DNA of 64,000 nucleotides from a virus (Duplodnaviria > Caudoviricetes), in IMG/VR virus record IMGVR_UViG_2909979649_000004, one strand, 5' to 3'. The notes beneath the pieces are model-generated. The model did not search any database, had not been told where the DNA came from, and was given only the letters and a program-made list of their open reading frames with translations. Below are positions 1-10,322 of the stretch, in pieces; position 1 is the first letter of the stretch; each line of letters starts with the position of its first letter. Both the position numbers and the translations under genes were made by a program.

Positions 1-50
1 CGGGATTTAATGACGGCCTTATGTTCGCAGTGAGGACAATTAATTTGCAT
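1..50 (-). CDS. ogr: Ogr/Delta-like zinc-finger late activator (5' part, runs off the window)
   Basis: Reverse complement reads MQINCPHCEHKAVIKSR, the CPxC start of the Ogr family; lies downstream of the portal gene. Confidence 0.8.
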   Translation of the reverse strand, partial: MQINCPHCEHKAVIKS

Positions 51-111
51 GGGGGTTGTTCCCTTTTGTTAGTTATACAACAGTATCGTTATTTAACTTC
101 ACCATCCCGGT

Positions 112-1137
112 TCACGATTCATTATACAGGCTATTAGGCAAGTCAAATTGAATTTGGTTTCCTGATAAATATTCGTTCAATTGCAAAAAAGTTTCCGATA
201 AGGGACGAATTTCATTATCGGTATACACCTGGCTGATTTTTTGGATATCCCCAAAGCCACCCGTATTTTCGGGCATAATACCCGCGAGGGCAGGGGGCAT
301 TCGCCAGGCACTGATAATGTCATTGCGGCTGATATTTTTAATCCGCTCAAATTCATCCTTAGTGGCAATATCGCCAACGGGAATTATTTTTACCGAATGC
401 TCGTTACCGTTAGGAATATGTAAAAATAAACTCCGAAAGTTGCCGACACCTTTGGAGTGCTTGAGTTTATTTTGCATCATGGCCACGCCTTCAGGGCTTA
501 AACCCGGGTCATTGGTATAAAAAATAAAACCCGCATGGGCACCATTATCATAATAACGACGCCGAAATAAGGTGGCGGATTCATTTAATAATACCGAATG
601 CATGGCACTGAGATATTCAGGGATGCCATACAACTGTTGATTGACGTCGTATTCCATTAATCCAATAATTTCCCCCTTTTTAAATGACGTGAGTTTTCTA
701 TCAGGGTTGAGCCAGTAATATTGATCCGGTTTTACCCCTTTGCGGATATTAATCGCAGGCACATGTTGTAAACGGATAGTTTGTTTAAAAGGATTAAGCA
801 GGCGCTTAAAGTAACAGTTACCAAACACATTAAAATCATAGCAAGCCCTATACATCGCTTGTCGGGGTAATAAGTCGCAGGGCTTATAATGTTTGACTAG
901 CATATTGCGTTTAAATCCAGCACAGGCACTGTGATGGGGGTTAGCCCGTAATAACTTAGCCAAGCCTGTTAAGCTTACCGGGGGCTCGTAATACTCGCCG
1001 TTATGGTTGGCAAACACCCCTAAAAAATCCTGTAGGTGGGTAGCCAGCACCGATTCAGGATCACCAAAACTGAACACCGTGGCTTCTTGGGGAATAGGTA
1101 GGTTCGGCTTATTTTTTTGTGTTGTTTGGCTCGACAT
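112..1137 (-). CDS. Portal protein, PBSX/P2 gpQ family
   Basis: FSFGDPE, YGIPEY, FRRRYYDNGAH, KDEFERIKN motifs; position next to terminase. Confidence 0.95.
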   Translation of the reverse strand: MSSQTTQKNKPNLPIPQEATVFSFGDPESVLATHLQDFLGVFANHNGEYYEPPVSLTGLAKLLRANPHHSACAGFKRNMLVKHYKPCDLLPRQAMYRACYDFNVFGNCYFKRLLNPFKQTIRLQHVPAINIRKGVKPDQYYWLNPDRKLTSFKKGEIIGLMEYDVNQQLYGIPEYLSAMHSVLLNESATLFRRRYYDNGAHAGFIFYTNDPGLSPEGVAMMQNKLKHSKGVGNFRSLFLHIPNGNEHSVKIIPVGDIATKDEFERIKNISRNDIISAWRMPPALAGIMPENTGGFGDIQKISQVYTDNEIRPLSETFLQLNEYLSGNQIQFDLPNSLYNES

Positions 1138-1139
1138 GA

Positions 1140-2894
1140 TTAATCCTCAAAGGCCCAAGTGGAAGCTTGCTGGTATTCGGTGTTAATGGGTTCGTTGAAT
1201 AACGCATGTAAAATGGCAAAGGCGACATCCGCATGACCGGTTTCCTGGGTGCGATTGGCGCTATAGGTAATTTGTCCACTGGGTGTTGTGGTTTGTTTGA
1301 TGGTTAAAAAGGCATGGGGAATATCCTGCATTTCCGCATCAAAGGCCAGGCGGCCTTTCCGGATGACATCTAAGCCTTTTAATACCAATTGGTTTTTCGT
1401 ATCGACACTGTAATTGATGGCCCGGGCATAGGGGAAAAAGCCCCGCACTAAATCATAGACACCCCGACCAATGCCGGTGATATCAATGCCAATATGCTGG
1501 ACATTAAAGCGTTGCGTCAGTTGTCGGATTTGCTGGGCTTGATAAGAAAAGTCAGCGTTATACCACTGGTGTTTTTCCAATACCCGGAACTTGTCGCCAT
1601 AGGCGGGGTTCGGTGGGGCAACGACCACACAGGTGGCGGCGTCCTGGGTGCAGCTAGGATCAAAGCCCAACCATACGGCATTATCACCAAAGGGGCGGGT
1701 TTCGTGGGGTTCATAATCCAACCAGAATAATCGGTCTGAGCAGCACTTTTCTAAATCGCTAAGCTTGAAGACACTTTGCTTATCATCAATAAACTGGCAC
1801 ATCAGCAAGTTGTTGAATTCATCCTCGGAATATTCCAAGCGTAATTGCTCAATATCAAATAAATCACAGCCACCGGCTAAGGCATCCTCAATGGTAATGA
1901 TTTGCCGGTATTGACCATCCGGGCATAACGCCCCCTTGGCTAATTCATCATTGGTCGGAAAGGCCATGTCTTTATGTTTCTTTTTAAAGGCTGTGGCCGT
2001 CCAGAACGGGTAAGCATCATGACCCACGGCACTGGGTGTGGAAAAATACGTCTTACGCCATTTTTTGTGCATGGCCATGCCGGAGGCGACGGTATTAATC
2101 TTTTTAAATTTGGGTATCCAAAAATACTCATCGGTATACACATGGCCGTGATAACTTTGGGCAGTACTGGCATTGGTCGACACAAAACGTAATTCGGCGC
2201 CATTGCTTAAGGTAATCGGATCACCTTTTAATTCCAGGTCAAACCAATCCTTGGCAAACTGAGTAATATAGCTGCGGAACATTTCAGCCTGGGCACGGCT
2301 GGCGGATAAAAAGATTTGGTTATCGCCCGTCAGTACCGCATCCTCAAAGGCTTCCCCTGCAAAGTAATAGGTGAGCCCGATCTGACGGCTTTTTAAAATA
2401 TTACGAATCCGGTTTAAGCTGGGATCATTTTTTACGGCCCGTAACGCCCGTTGATAATCAAATAGCTGACTGATAAATTTTTGCTGAAAATCCTCAGCCG
2501 TGAGTTTACTGATATCATTTTTAATTTGCTTACGTTTCTTACGGGGCTTATCTGAACGGCTGTTGTCACTCTCGTTACCCATTGGTTCTATATGAGATAC
2601 GACACTGGCTTTAGGCTTCTGCAATTTAGCTAACTGGCTGACTAGCCGATCCATTTCGTTAAGTTCCCGATCGGTCTTATTTTCCCGGCTGGATAAGATA
2701 ATTAAGCGACGGGATAGGGCAGACTCGGCGGTTTCACTTTGAATTAAATCGGTCCAGCCTTCCTGGGCGGCCCAATAATAAATAATCCGTTTCGATTCAA
2801 TGCCTAATTGTTTGGCAATTTCAGGGACGCGGTGGCGTTGTAAATATAATTGTTTGGCTTGTTGTTTGGTGTCATCAGAATATTTCATAGGCAA
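1140..2894 (-). CDS. Terminase ATPase subunit, P2 gpP family
   Basis: N-terminal HTH, LKSRQIG Walker A, YTDEYFW Walker B, GFDPS and HADVAFA nuclease motifs. Confidence 0.95.
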   Translation of the reverse strand: MPMKYSDDTKQQAKQLYLQRHRVPEIAKQLGIESKRIIYYWAAQEGWTDLIQSETAESALSRRLIILSSRENKTDRELNEMDRLVSQLAKLQKPKASVVSHIEPMGNESDNSRSDKPRKKRKQIKNDISKLTAEDFQQKFISQLFDYQRALRAVKNDPSLNRIRNILKSRQIGLTYYFAGEAFEDAVLTGDNQIFLSASRAQAEMFRSYITQFAKDWFDLELKGDPITLSNGAELRFVSTNASTAQSYHGHVYTDEYFWIPKFKKINTVASGMAMHKKWRKTYFSTPSAVGHDAYPFWTATAFKKKHKDMAFPTNDELAKGALCPDGQYRQIITIEDALAGGCDLFDIEQLRLEYSEDEFNNLLMCQFIDDKQSVFKLSDLEKCCSDRLFWLDYEPHETRPFGDNAVWLGFDPSCTQDAATCVVVAPPNPAYGDKFRVLEKHQWYNADFSYQAQQIRQLTQRFNVQHIGIDITGIGRGVYDLVRGFFPYARAINYSVDTKNQLVLKGLDVIRKGRLAFDAEMQDIPHAFLTIKQTTTPSGQITYSANRTQETGHADVAFAILHALFNEPINTEYQQASTWAFED

Positions 2895-3107
2895 ATATCA
2901 GTGGCAAGGTTAAGGTGTGCGTTAATAATAAAAGACCTTGAGCAAAAAATAATTCAGTGGATTTGCTGGTTTTTCCTAAAATTACCTCGCTATGCAAAAA
3001 CAGCAAAATAGCGAAAATCATCCCGTTGCTCGCCTGTCAAAAAGCCATTAATTTTAAATCCAACCTTAGGGGAATGACTGAAATAACCAACCGGAAAACG
3101 TATTAAG

Positions 3108-3971
3108 ATGGCAACCACTGATTGGCTTTGTATCATGAAAAGCGGCCCGACAATTGATGGTCGGGAGATTGAGCCGCAAGCCATTATGGATATGGCAGCG
3201 TCGTATAATCCAGCGGAATATACCGCCATGATTTGGTATGAGCATTTCCGCTTTTATGGCAATTTCGGTCAGGTGGTAGAATTGAAAACGGAGACGGATG
3301 ATCAAGACCGGCAATGCTTGTTTGCGAAAATCAAACCCAACCAGAAGCTGTATACACTGAATGAACAGCAGCAACAATTATTTTTCTCGGGTGAAATTTT
3401 GCCGGATTTTCGTAAGACAGGTAAGGCTTATTTATTTGGCTTAGCCATTACGGATCAACCTGCCAGTGTGGGCACCTCGCAGTTACATTTTAGCCATCGC
3501 CGTCAAGCGTCAGAGAGTTATTTCAGTCAACCCCTGCAATTCAGTTATGAGGACATCGCTGAGCCAGAGTCCTGGTTTAGCCGTGTCTTTAATCGCGATA
3601 AATCCGTTCAGGAACAAGGCAAACCAATGGATGAAAAGCAATTTACCCAACTGATGGACAGCCAGCAAAAAAACGCGGATGCCATCAAACAACTAACGGA
3701 AACGTTAGCGACATTCAATGCAGCATCACCAGCACAACAAGAGGCATCTACTGCAGAAACATCCTCAACCACTGAAAAGCCTGCTGATAACCCGGCGAAT
3801 AACACAGAGGAAGAGACTGACAAGAATACAAGTGGTGTCTCTGCAGAAGAGTTTAACTGCCTTAAGCAGTCCTTTGAAAAACTACAAGGCGTCATTAAAC
3901 AATTGTCGGTTGAGGGTACTGTTGTCCCTCTGGGTGCTGGCCCTGCAGATGATTATGAAGAGGTGCTGTAA
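3108..3971 (+). CDS. Capsid scaffolding protein/protease, gpO family
   Basis: SGPTIDGREI, IWYEH, GLAITDQPASVGT motifs. Confidence 0.93.
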   Translation: MATTDWLCIMKSGPTIDGREIEPQAIMDMAASYNPAEYTAMIWYEHFRFYGNFGQVVELKTETDDQDRQCLFAKIKPNQKLYTLNEQQQQLFFSGEILPDFRKTGKAYLFGLAITDQPASVGTSQLHFSHRRQASESYFSQPLQFSYEDIAEPESWFSRVFNRDKSVQEQGKPMDEKQFTQLMDSQQKNADAIKQLTETLATFNAASPAQQEASTAETSSTTEKPADNPANNTEEETDKNTSGVSAEEFNCLKQSFEKLQGVIKQLSVEGTVVPLGAGPADDYEEVL

Positions 3972-4984
3972 TGCGCACGGAAACCCAACAAAAATTTAAT
4001 AAACTCAAGCGCGACCTGGCGCATACCTACAACGTTAGCAATGTTGCGCATAAATTTAATGTCACCCCAACCGTTAGCCAAAAACTGAATGATAAAATTG
4101 TTGCCAGCAATCCCTTGCTGCAAAAAATCAATGTGATTCCAGTGGATGAATTACAAGGGGAAAAGGTTTTTTTAGGGGTATCAAGTTCAGTTACGGGTCG
4201 TACTAACACCAAAGAAAACGACCGCCAGCCAAAAAACTTAGTGCAGTTAGATAACGATGGTTATCAATTGTATAAGACTGAATCTGACGTCTGTATTAGC
4301 TATGAGCAGATGGATGTGTGGGCGAAGTTTAAAGACTTTGCTAGCCGTTATAGCAATGCGGTACAGCATCAAATGGGCGTGGATCGGATTAAAGTCGGCT
4401 GGTATGGCAAAGAAGCAGCCCCGCAGACTGATCCAAAAAAACACCCACTCTTACAGGATGTGAATAAAGGCTGGCTGCAAATCATGCGGGAAAAAGCCCC
4501 AGGCCAAATCTTATCAAAAGGGGATGATAAACCGATTATTTTAGGGACCGATTACCCGAACTTAGATGCGTTAGCCATTGATTTAAAGTACATGATTGGT
4601 GAACCGTTTCAGGCGGATTCTGATTTAGTGTTTTTAGTGGGCAGTGAATTAATTGGCCATTACCACATGCGGCTATACCACTTGCAAGGGGAAACCCCAT
4701 CGGAAAAAGAGCGCATCGAAAATCAACAGGTGATCCAAACCATTGGCGGCCTACCATCGTATAGCTTCCCGGGGATGCCCTCACGGTTAGCGATGGTGAC
4801 CAGTTTCAACAATCTATCGTTGTATTTTCAAAGCAGCTCCTGGCGTAAGCAAGTGGTGGATAATCCACGACGGGATCAGGTGGAGGATTACAACTCGCGT
4901 AATGAAGGCTATGTAGTCGAGCAATACGAAAAAGTCGCCTTTATTGAGCCAGACCAAATCCAGTTTAAGGGTGAGTCTGAATAA
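3971..4984 (+). CDS. Major capsid protein, P2 gpN family
   Basis: PLLQDVNKGWLQ, NLSLYFQ, SRNEGYVVE motifs. Confidence 0.95.
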   Translation: MRTETQQKFNKLKRDLAHTYNVSNVAHKFNVTPTVSQKLNDKIVASNPLLQKINVIPVDELQGEKVFLGVSSSVTGRTNTKENDRQPKNLVQLDNDGYQLYKTESDVCISYEQMDVWAKFKDFASRYSNAVQHQMGVDRIKVGWYGKEAAPQTDPKKHPLLQDVNKGWLQIMREKAPGQILSKGDDKPIILGTDYPNLDALAIDLKYMIGEPFQADSDLVFLVGSELIGHYHMRLYHLQGETPSEKERIENQQVIQTIGGLPSYSFPGMPSRLAMVTSFNNLSLYFQSSSWRKQVVDNPRRDQVEDYNSRNEGYVVEQYEKVAFIEPDQIQFKGESE

Positions 4985-5658
4985 TGTTAAGCCTCGCCAT
5001 GCGCCAAAAACAGCAGCAAGCCCAGGCGATCCAGACGGCGGAACGGGTGCCGTATAGTCCCGAAACCGCCTTTGCCACCCTGGCCAATGCCAAGCAGTTA
5101 TGCCAGTTACAATTGCGTGGGCTACGGGTGGATTTAGAGGCGTTAAAAAAACTGCAGGGGTATCACACGAAAGCCGATTATAAACGCCAGTTGATCCCTA
5201 AATACCTGGATTATATTGACCGCTATTTAGCGTCTAACTGGCAACACCCTAATGAAGTATTGGTGTATTTGGTGATATGGCATTTTGATACCAATCAATT
5301 AGCCAAAGGCTTAGCCCTGGCTGAAATTGCTATACAACAACAGCAACCCATGCCTGAACATTTTAGACGCCGGGACATGGCCACCTTTGTGTGTGATGAG
5401 GTGTTACAGAAAGTAGAGAGGCAAATAGATGGTGCTGACGCCCTTTATATACAAACCCTGGCGTATATCGAAACCGGCCAGTGGGACGTCGTGCGAGAAG
5501 TCAAAGCCCGGTTTTTTAAATTAGCGGCGATTCAAGCAGAAGAAAAAAACCAGCTGGAAACGGCGTTAGCCTATTTCGAAAAAGCCCATGGCTGTTGGGA
5601 AAAAATTCAAGTGAAAACCAAATTGGAAAAATTACGGAAAAAATTAACGAACCATTAA
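4984..5658 (+). CDS. Terminase endonuclease subunit, gpM family
   Basis: KRQLIPKY, IWHFD, QPMPEHF motifs; follows capsid gene. Confidence 0.9.
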   Translation: MLSLAMRQKQQQAQAIQTAERVPYSPETAFATLANAKQLCQLQLRGLRVDLEALKKLQGYHTKADYKRQLIPKYLDYIDRYLASNWQHPNEVLVYLVIWHFDTNQLAKGLALAEIAIQQQQPMPEHFRRRDMATFVCDEVLQKVERQIDGADALYIQTLAYIETGQWDVVREVKARFFKLAAIQAEEKNQLETALAYFEKAHGCWEKIQVKTKLEKLRKKLTNH

Positions 5659-5770
5659 TTAACCGGCTCTCCCCCAACCGGCCGGGCCACCCAACCAAAA
5701 AGCAACGCTAGTTTACCTTTTTGGATTGGGTTGTGCCTTGGCCGCCTAATTCGAAGATACAAAACAGATT

Positions 5771-6229
5771 ATGAGTATTCGAGACAGTTTATATCAACCC
5801 GCCACCGCCGTGATCACCAGCGAGGCATTTTACCCGACGGTATCGGTAGGGGAATTTCAACAACATTACCGGTTGCATGAATACACTGAGGATTTAATTG
5901 AGAGCGAATTAATTCAAGCCGTCATTACAATTAATGGTCAGCTGGAAGCGTTTAAAAATCAATTAATAAAAAAGGGATATAAAACCCTCGCTGAACGACC
6001 TAGCCCCGATTTAAATGGTCAACACCGGGACGTGTTTTTATACCAACGGGCCGTCATGAGTTTAGCGAAAGCCCATGTGTTAAAACAATACCAGGTGATT
6101 TTTACCAGTGAAAAAGCCGAGCATGTGGCCAAAACCAATGAAGACACTTACGACTTTTGGTTAGCCATTTCGCAACGCTCCTTGTGTCAGTTACAAGGCC
6201 AGTCATTTATAACGGCAGAGTTATTATGA
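5771..6229 (+). CDS. Head completion protein, gpL family
   Basis: FYPTVS, YQRAVMSLAKA, C-terminal AELL; synteny. Confidence 0.88.
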   Translation: MSIRDSLYQPATAVITSEAFYPTVSVGEFQQHYRLHEYTEDLIESELIQAVITINGQLEAFKNQLIKKGYKTLAERPSPDLNGQHRDVFLYQRAVMSLAKAHVLKQYQVIFTSEKAEHVAKTNEDTYDFWLAISQRSLCQLQGQSFITAELL

Positions 6230-6678
6230 AAAAACTCACGGCCTTAAAAAACTATTTAATTCAGCTACAGGTGGTCACACCAGAAAAACTTGTGGCTTAC
6301 CCGGAAAATAACCGGATTGATATTATTAGTAAACCCGGTGAAAAAGGGCTGGAAATTAGCCAAGTGACTTATGATGCCATCTTTGAAATGGATCAGGTCA
6401 AAGTCAGTTATACGGCGCTGGTCGCGATTATCAGTGCCTGGTTAGCCGAGCAGGATACAGCGCGAAATAATCAAGCCGTAGGGCAGCCCCAGTTTGATTA
6501 TGATCCGACGGATAATCACACCGCTGATATTCAGCTCAGTATCGAATTTTGTGAGCCGGTGTATTTAGTGGAAACCGAACACGGCCCGATTAATTATGAT
6601 CATCAACGTTATGACACCGGCGATTATGATTTATGGGTTGCTGAAACCGGAGAGGTAACCGATGGCAGCACCCGTTAA
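6226..6678 (+). CDS. Tail completion protein, gpR-like
   Basis: MKKLTALKNYL start overlapping the gpL stop; IEFCEPVYL; synteny. Confidence 0.8.
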   Translation: MKKLTALKNYLIQLQVVTPEKLVAYPENNRIDIISKPGEKGLEISQVTYDAIFEMDQVKVSYTALVAIISAWLAEQDTARNNQAVGQPQFDYDPTDNHTADIQLSIEFCEPVYLVETEHGPINYDHQRYDTGDYDLWVAETGEVTDGSTR

Positions 6679-7324
6679 TCCTATTCAAGTGCAGCACAAC
6701 GGGCTGAGTATTCGCCAGCAATTAGCGGTGTTACAGCTGCCGCCCAACAAACAACGCCAATTGTTGTGGAAAGCCGGAAAAGCCGTACAAAAAAACAGTC
6801 GCCAGCGGATTCGGTTACAAAAAACATTATCCGGCCAGGGGATGGCTGCCCGGAAAGATCGCCGGAATCGCAAAAAAATGTTGCGGGGATTAGGGCGTAA
6901 AATGGGGGTAACGGCGGATAGCCGACAAGCGGTGATTGGTTGGCAAAATGCACTCACAGCCAACATTGCCAAACGGCAACAAGAAGGCTTGAGCCAGCCC
7001 GTCAGTAAAAACGATCTGCCGCGCATTTCCCGGGCGACCTATGACGGCCCTTGTACCAAAGGGATGGCCAGGGCATTAATTCAACATGGCTTTACCATTA
7101 AGCGTGCCAGTGGCAATGGTCGAAAACGGCCCACGCAAAATTGGATTAAGCAGCATTTAACCTTTGGTATGGCAGGGGCCATATTGCGGGAATTATTAAA
7201 TAAACCGCAGCAATCCCGGTGGCGGATTCCTTTGGAAGCACGGCCTTTTTTAGGTGCCACCGACAACGAAATTAATCAAATTCTTGACCAGCAATTACAC
7301 CAATTAATGCAAGCAATGAGGTAA
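6662..7324 (+). CDS. Virion morphogenesis protein, gpS-like
   Basis: RQRIRLQKTLSG, KKML, ARPFLG motifs. Confidence 0.85.
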   Translation: MAAPVNPIQVQHNGLSIRQQLAVLQLPPNKQRQLLWKAGKAVQKNSRQRIRLQKTLSGQGMAARKDRRNRKKMLRGLGRKMGVTADSRQAVIGWQNALTANIAKRQQEGLSQPVSKNDLPRISRATYDGPCTKGMARALIQHGFTIKRASGNGRKRPTQNWIKQHLTFGMAGAILRELLNKPQQSRWRIPLEARPFLGATDNEINQILDQQLHQLMQAMR

Positions 7325-7329
7325 TCACC

Positions 7330-8445
7330 ATGGCACTGGGACGGGTCACGGTTAACAATTTAAATCTCTATCAGGGACCCATTACCGCGATTGAGCGGAC
7401 GTTTTTATTTATGGGTCCTGCCCCCAAAAAACACGGCGAGGTATTAAGCCTTAATACCCAAACTGATCTTGATCAATTATTGGGTGAGGGCATTTCCGAT
7501 TTAAAAACCCAATTAACAGCGGCCCAAGCCAATGGCGGGCAACACTGGTCGGCTTATGCCATTGCACTGGATGAAGCGACTAGTTGGCAGGATGCTTTTA
7601 AACAAGCGATGGCTGAAGATGTATCACCGGAAGCGGTGGTGATCACCAGCCCCATTACTAGCAACACGGACCTGCAGGCGATGCACGCGGCTTCATTAAG
7701 TGCCATTAATAAACATGGACGACGGGTGATTTTTATTGCCACCACACCGGGTATTGCTCCCGAACAAAGCTGGTCCGATTATTTATTAGCGCAAAAACAA
7801 TTAGTGAATGAAGTGGCCGCCCCTCGGGTGTGTGTGGTGCCGCAATTACACGGCAATAACGTGGGTGTGTTAGCGGGTCGATTATGCGACAGCAAGGTCA
7901 GTATTGCTGATAGTCCTATGCGGGTGGCAACTGGGCCGTTAATTACGTTAGGGCCTACCCCAGGCGATAAAGAAAGTCAACGACTCCCCAGTGCGATTAT
8001 TGCAGAGCTGGATAAAGTACGCCTCTCAGTTCCTCAAACGTATCCCGATTACCCCGGCACCTATTGGGGTGATGCCAATATGTTGGAACAGCCCGGCGGT
8101 GATTATCAGGTTATCGAGCATGTGCGGATTGTGGATAAGGCGGCCCGAGCCATACGACTCCTGGCGATTAGTCGCATTGCCAACCGATTATTAAACAGCA
8201 CTGCCGCGTCGATTGCTTTTAATAAAAATTATTTTATGAAACCGCTGCGGGAAATGAGTCGCTCAGTAAATTTTATGGACCGGGTATTTCCGGCGGCCAT
8301 TCATCCCCCGAAAGACAGTGATATTGAAATCCTCTGGAAAAATAAAACCGATGTGGAGATTTATTTAAGTCTACAGCCGTATAACTCGCCGAAATCCATC
8401 ACCGTCAATATTGCCTTGGATTTATCAACCGAAAAGGAAAAATAA
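7330..8445 (+). CDS. Tail sheath, HP1-type (DUF2586)
   Basis: VNNLNLYQG, SIADSPMRVATG, YPDYPGTYWGD motifs. Confidence 0.9.
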   Translation: MALGRVTVNNLNLYQGPITAIERTFLFMGPAPKKHGEVLSLNTQTDLDQLLGEGISDLKTQLTAAQANGGQHWSAYAIALDEATSWQDAFKQAMAEDVSPEAVVITSPITSNTDLQAMHAASLSAINKHGRRVIFIATTPGIAPEQSWSDYLLAQKQLVNEVAAPRVCVVPQLHGNNVGVLAGRLCDSKVSIADSPMRVATGPLITLGPTPGDKESQRLPSAIIAELDKVRLSVPQTYPDYPGTYWGDANMLEQPGGDYQVIEHVRIVDKAARAIRLLAISRIANRLLNSTAASIAFNKNYFMKPLREMSRSVNFMDRVFPAAIHPPKDSDIEILWKNKTDVEIYLSLQPYNSPKSITVNIALDLSTEKEK

Positions 8446-8448
8446 CCT

Positions 8449-8895
8449 ATGCGTATTTCTGGAAAAAGTTTTGATGTCAGCTTAGGCGACTTCATGGTGC
8501 ATGTGGAAAAGGCCTCACTGGATATTACCGATAACCGTTCACCCGTCTATAACCGTGGGGTACCGAATGGCTATGTCGATGGGGATGTGTCGGCGACTGG
8601 GGAAATCGAACTGGATGCAGCAAATTTTAAGTTAGTGTTGGATGCGGCTAGCCAAGCAGGGAGTTTTAGGGGATTAGAACCATTCGACATGGTGTATTTT
8701 GCCAAGGCGGGTGAGGAAGAATTACGGGTCGAAGCCTTTGGGTGTTTAATTAAAATCACTAATTTATTGGATATTGATAGCAAAGGCGGTGAAAAATCCT
8801 TAATTAAATTACCCTACGATGTCACCAGCCCGGATTTTATAAAAATTAATGGCCTCTCCTATTTACGCCCGGATGAAACGGAGAATCTGGTGTAA
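8449..8895 (+). CDS. Tail tube, HP1-type (DUF2597)
   Basis: RISGKSFD, GVPNGYVDGDV, VTSPDFIKING motifs. Confidence 0.9.
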   Translation: MRISGKSFDVSLGDFMVHVEKASLDITDNRSPVYNRGVPNGYVDGDVSATGEIELDAANFKLVLDAASQAGSFRGLEPFDMVYFAKAGEEELRVEAFGCLIKITNLLDIDSKGGEKSLIKLPYDVTSPDFIKINGLSYLRPDETENLV

Positions 8896-8897
8896 CC

Positions 8898-9272
8898 ATG
8901 GCTTACCGTTATTTTACCGACCAGGAATTAACTTGTCGTTGTGGTTGCGGACAACAGCACATGCAACCGGCATTTATGCAGTCATTAATACAGCTACGTG
9001 AGGCGTGCAATTTTCCGCTACCGGTAACCAGTGGCTACCGTTGTGCTCATCATCCCGTCGAAAAAAATAAGGCCACCCCAGGTGCTCATCAATTAGGGTG
9101 TGCGGTGGATATTGCTTGTCGGGGAGAACACGCATTAATTATTTTACGTCTGGCGCTGCAGCTGGGGTTTACTGGTGTTGGGATTAATCAAAAAGGCAGG
9201 ACTCGTTTTATTCATTTGGATAGGGCGCCTGCTACTCATACACGGCCCCGGCCTTGGATATGGAGTTATTAA
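8898..9272 (+). CDS. Endolysin, peptidase M15A family
   Basis: CRCGCG, TSGYRC, H-x6-D (HQLGCAVD), FIHLD zinc motifs. Confidence 0.88.
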   Translation: MAYRYFTDQELTCRCGCGQQHMQPAFMQSLIQLREACNFPLPVTSGYRCAHHPVEKNKATPGAHQLGCAVDIACRGEHALIILRLALQLGFTGVGINQKGRTRFIHLDRAPATHTRPRPWIWSY

Positions 9273-9275
9273 ACA

Positions 9276-9758
9276 ATGCTCAATAAATTATGGGAAAAAT
9301 TTATATCGGTAACCGGTAGCGGCTTAGTCGATAAAATTATTGATGTAGCGAAAACGTATTTTCCGCCGGACTTATCGCCGGAGCAGCAAATGCAATTTAA
9401 AATAGCGTGCCGAAAACTACAAATCGAACATGAAAACCAAACTCAAAAACTGATTAATCAAGCAGAAAAACAATTAACCCAACGGATTAGCCAGTTAGAA
9501 GGCACGGCCAGTGATTTATTGGCGTTGCCTGTTGTTGGTCGGGTGTTGTTATTTCTGCGCGGTGCTCAGCGACCCATATGGGGTTTTGCCACGTTGTACC
9601 TGGATTGGTGTTGGTTTGCCTCTTGGCAGCTGAGCGAACAACAAGAAACCGCCTTAACCGTTATTAATGTGTTAGTGCTGGGTTTCTTGTTTGGTGAACG
9701 GGCCATGAAAAATGTCATGCCCTTACTAAAGCAGGTAACACGGAATGCTATTCGATAA
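9276..9758 (+). CDS. Holin-like membrane protein
   Basis: RPIWGF and VLGFLFGER TM motifs next to the endolysin. Confidence 0.65.
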   Translation: MLNKLWEKFISVTGSGLVDKIIDVAKTYFPPDLSPEQQMQFKIACRKLQIEHENQTQKLINQAEKQLTQRISQLEGTASDLLALPVVGRVLLFLRGAQRPIWGFATLYLDWCWFASWQLSEQQETALTVINVLVLGFLFGERAMKNVMPLLKQVTRNAIR

Positions 9759-10041
9759 CCATCCTGAGTTACGGCATAAGCTCTCTCTGACGTTAGTCAG
9801 TTTGTTTTTTACCAATTTGATTGGTTGGAATATTTATATTTACAACAAAATCCTCAGTAATGAGCGGGCGTTGTTTAATCAAAAAACCTGGATTACCGAA
9901 GAGTTTGCTAAAAAATCCACCATCAAGCGACTAGAAACCAAAATCGATAATAAATTTGAGGCAATGACCCAACGGTTTGATGATATCAACAAGCGCCTGG
10001 ATTTTATTATCTTATTAAACAAAGGAAAAAAAGAACCATGA
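9745..10041 (+). CDS. Single-TM coiled-coil protein of the lysis module
   Basis: One hydrophobic segment plus RLETKID coiled coil. Confidence 0.55.
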   Translation: MLFDNHPELRHKLSLTLVSLFFTNLIGWNIYIYNKILSNERALFNQKTWITEEFAKKSTIKRLETKIDNKFEAMTQRFDDINKRLDFIILLNKGKKEP

Positions 10042-10322
10042 GCAATAACACTTTTACTGTCGAAGTCGGCGACCAAGCGTTTACCTTTACGATTACGGTC
10101 GATGATTACAGTAGTTTTATTAATAAATTCAGCGAAAAAAATAAAATTGCACCGGCTTATAACTTTTGTATGCAAACGGTTTCGAAGGACGATAAACCCG
10201 CGCTAAAAGAATTATTGGCCCATCCCAGTGTAGCCCCGCAAATTGCGAGCGCGCTAATGGAGCAATACGTACCGCAGTTAAATATTGTGGTAAAGCCAGT
10301 GAGGCCGTCGGCGAGCAATTAA
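10038..10322 (+). CDS. Tail assembly chaperone
   Basis: NKIAPAYNF motif; precedes tape measure gene. Confidence 0.8.
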   Translation: MSNNTFTVEVGDQAFTFTITVDDYSSFINKFSEKNKIAPAYNFCMQTVSKDDKPALKELLAHPSVAPQIASALMEQYVPQLNIVVKPVRPSASN

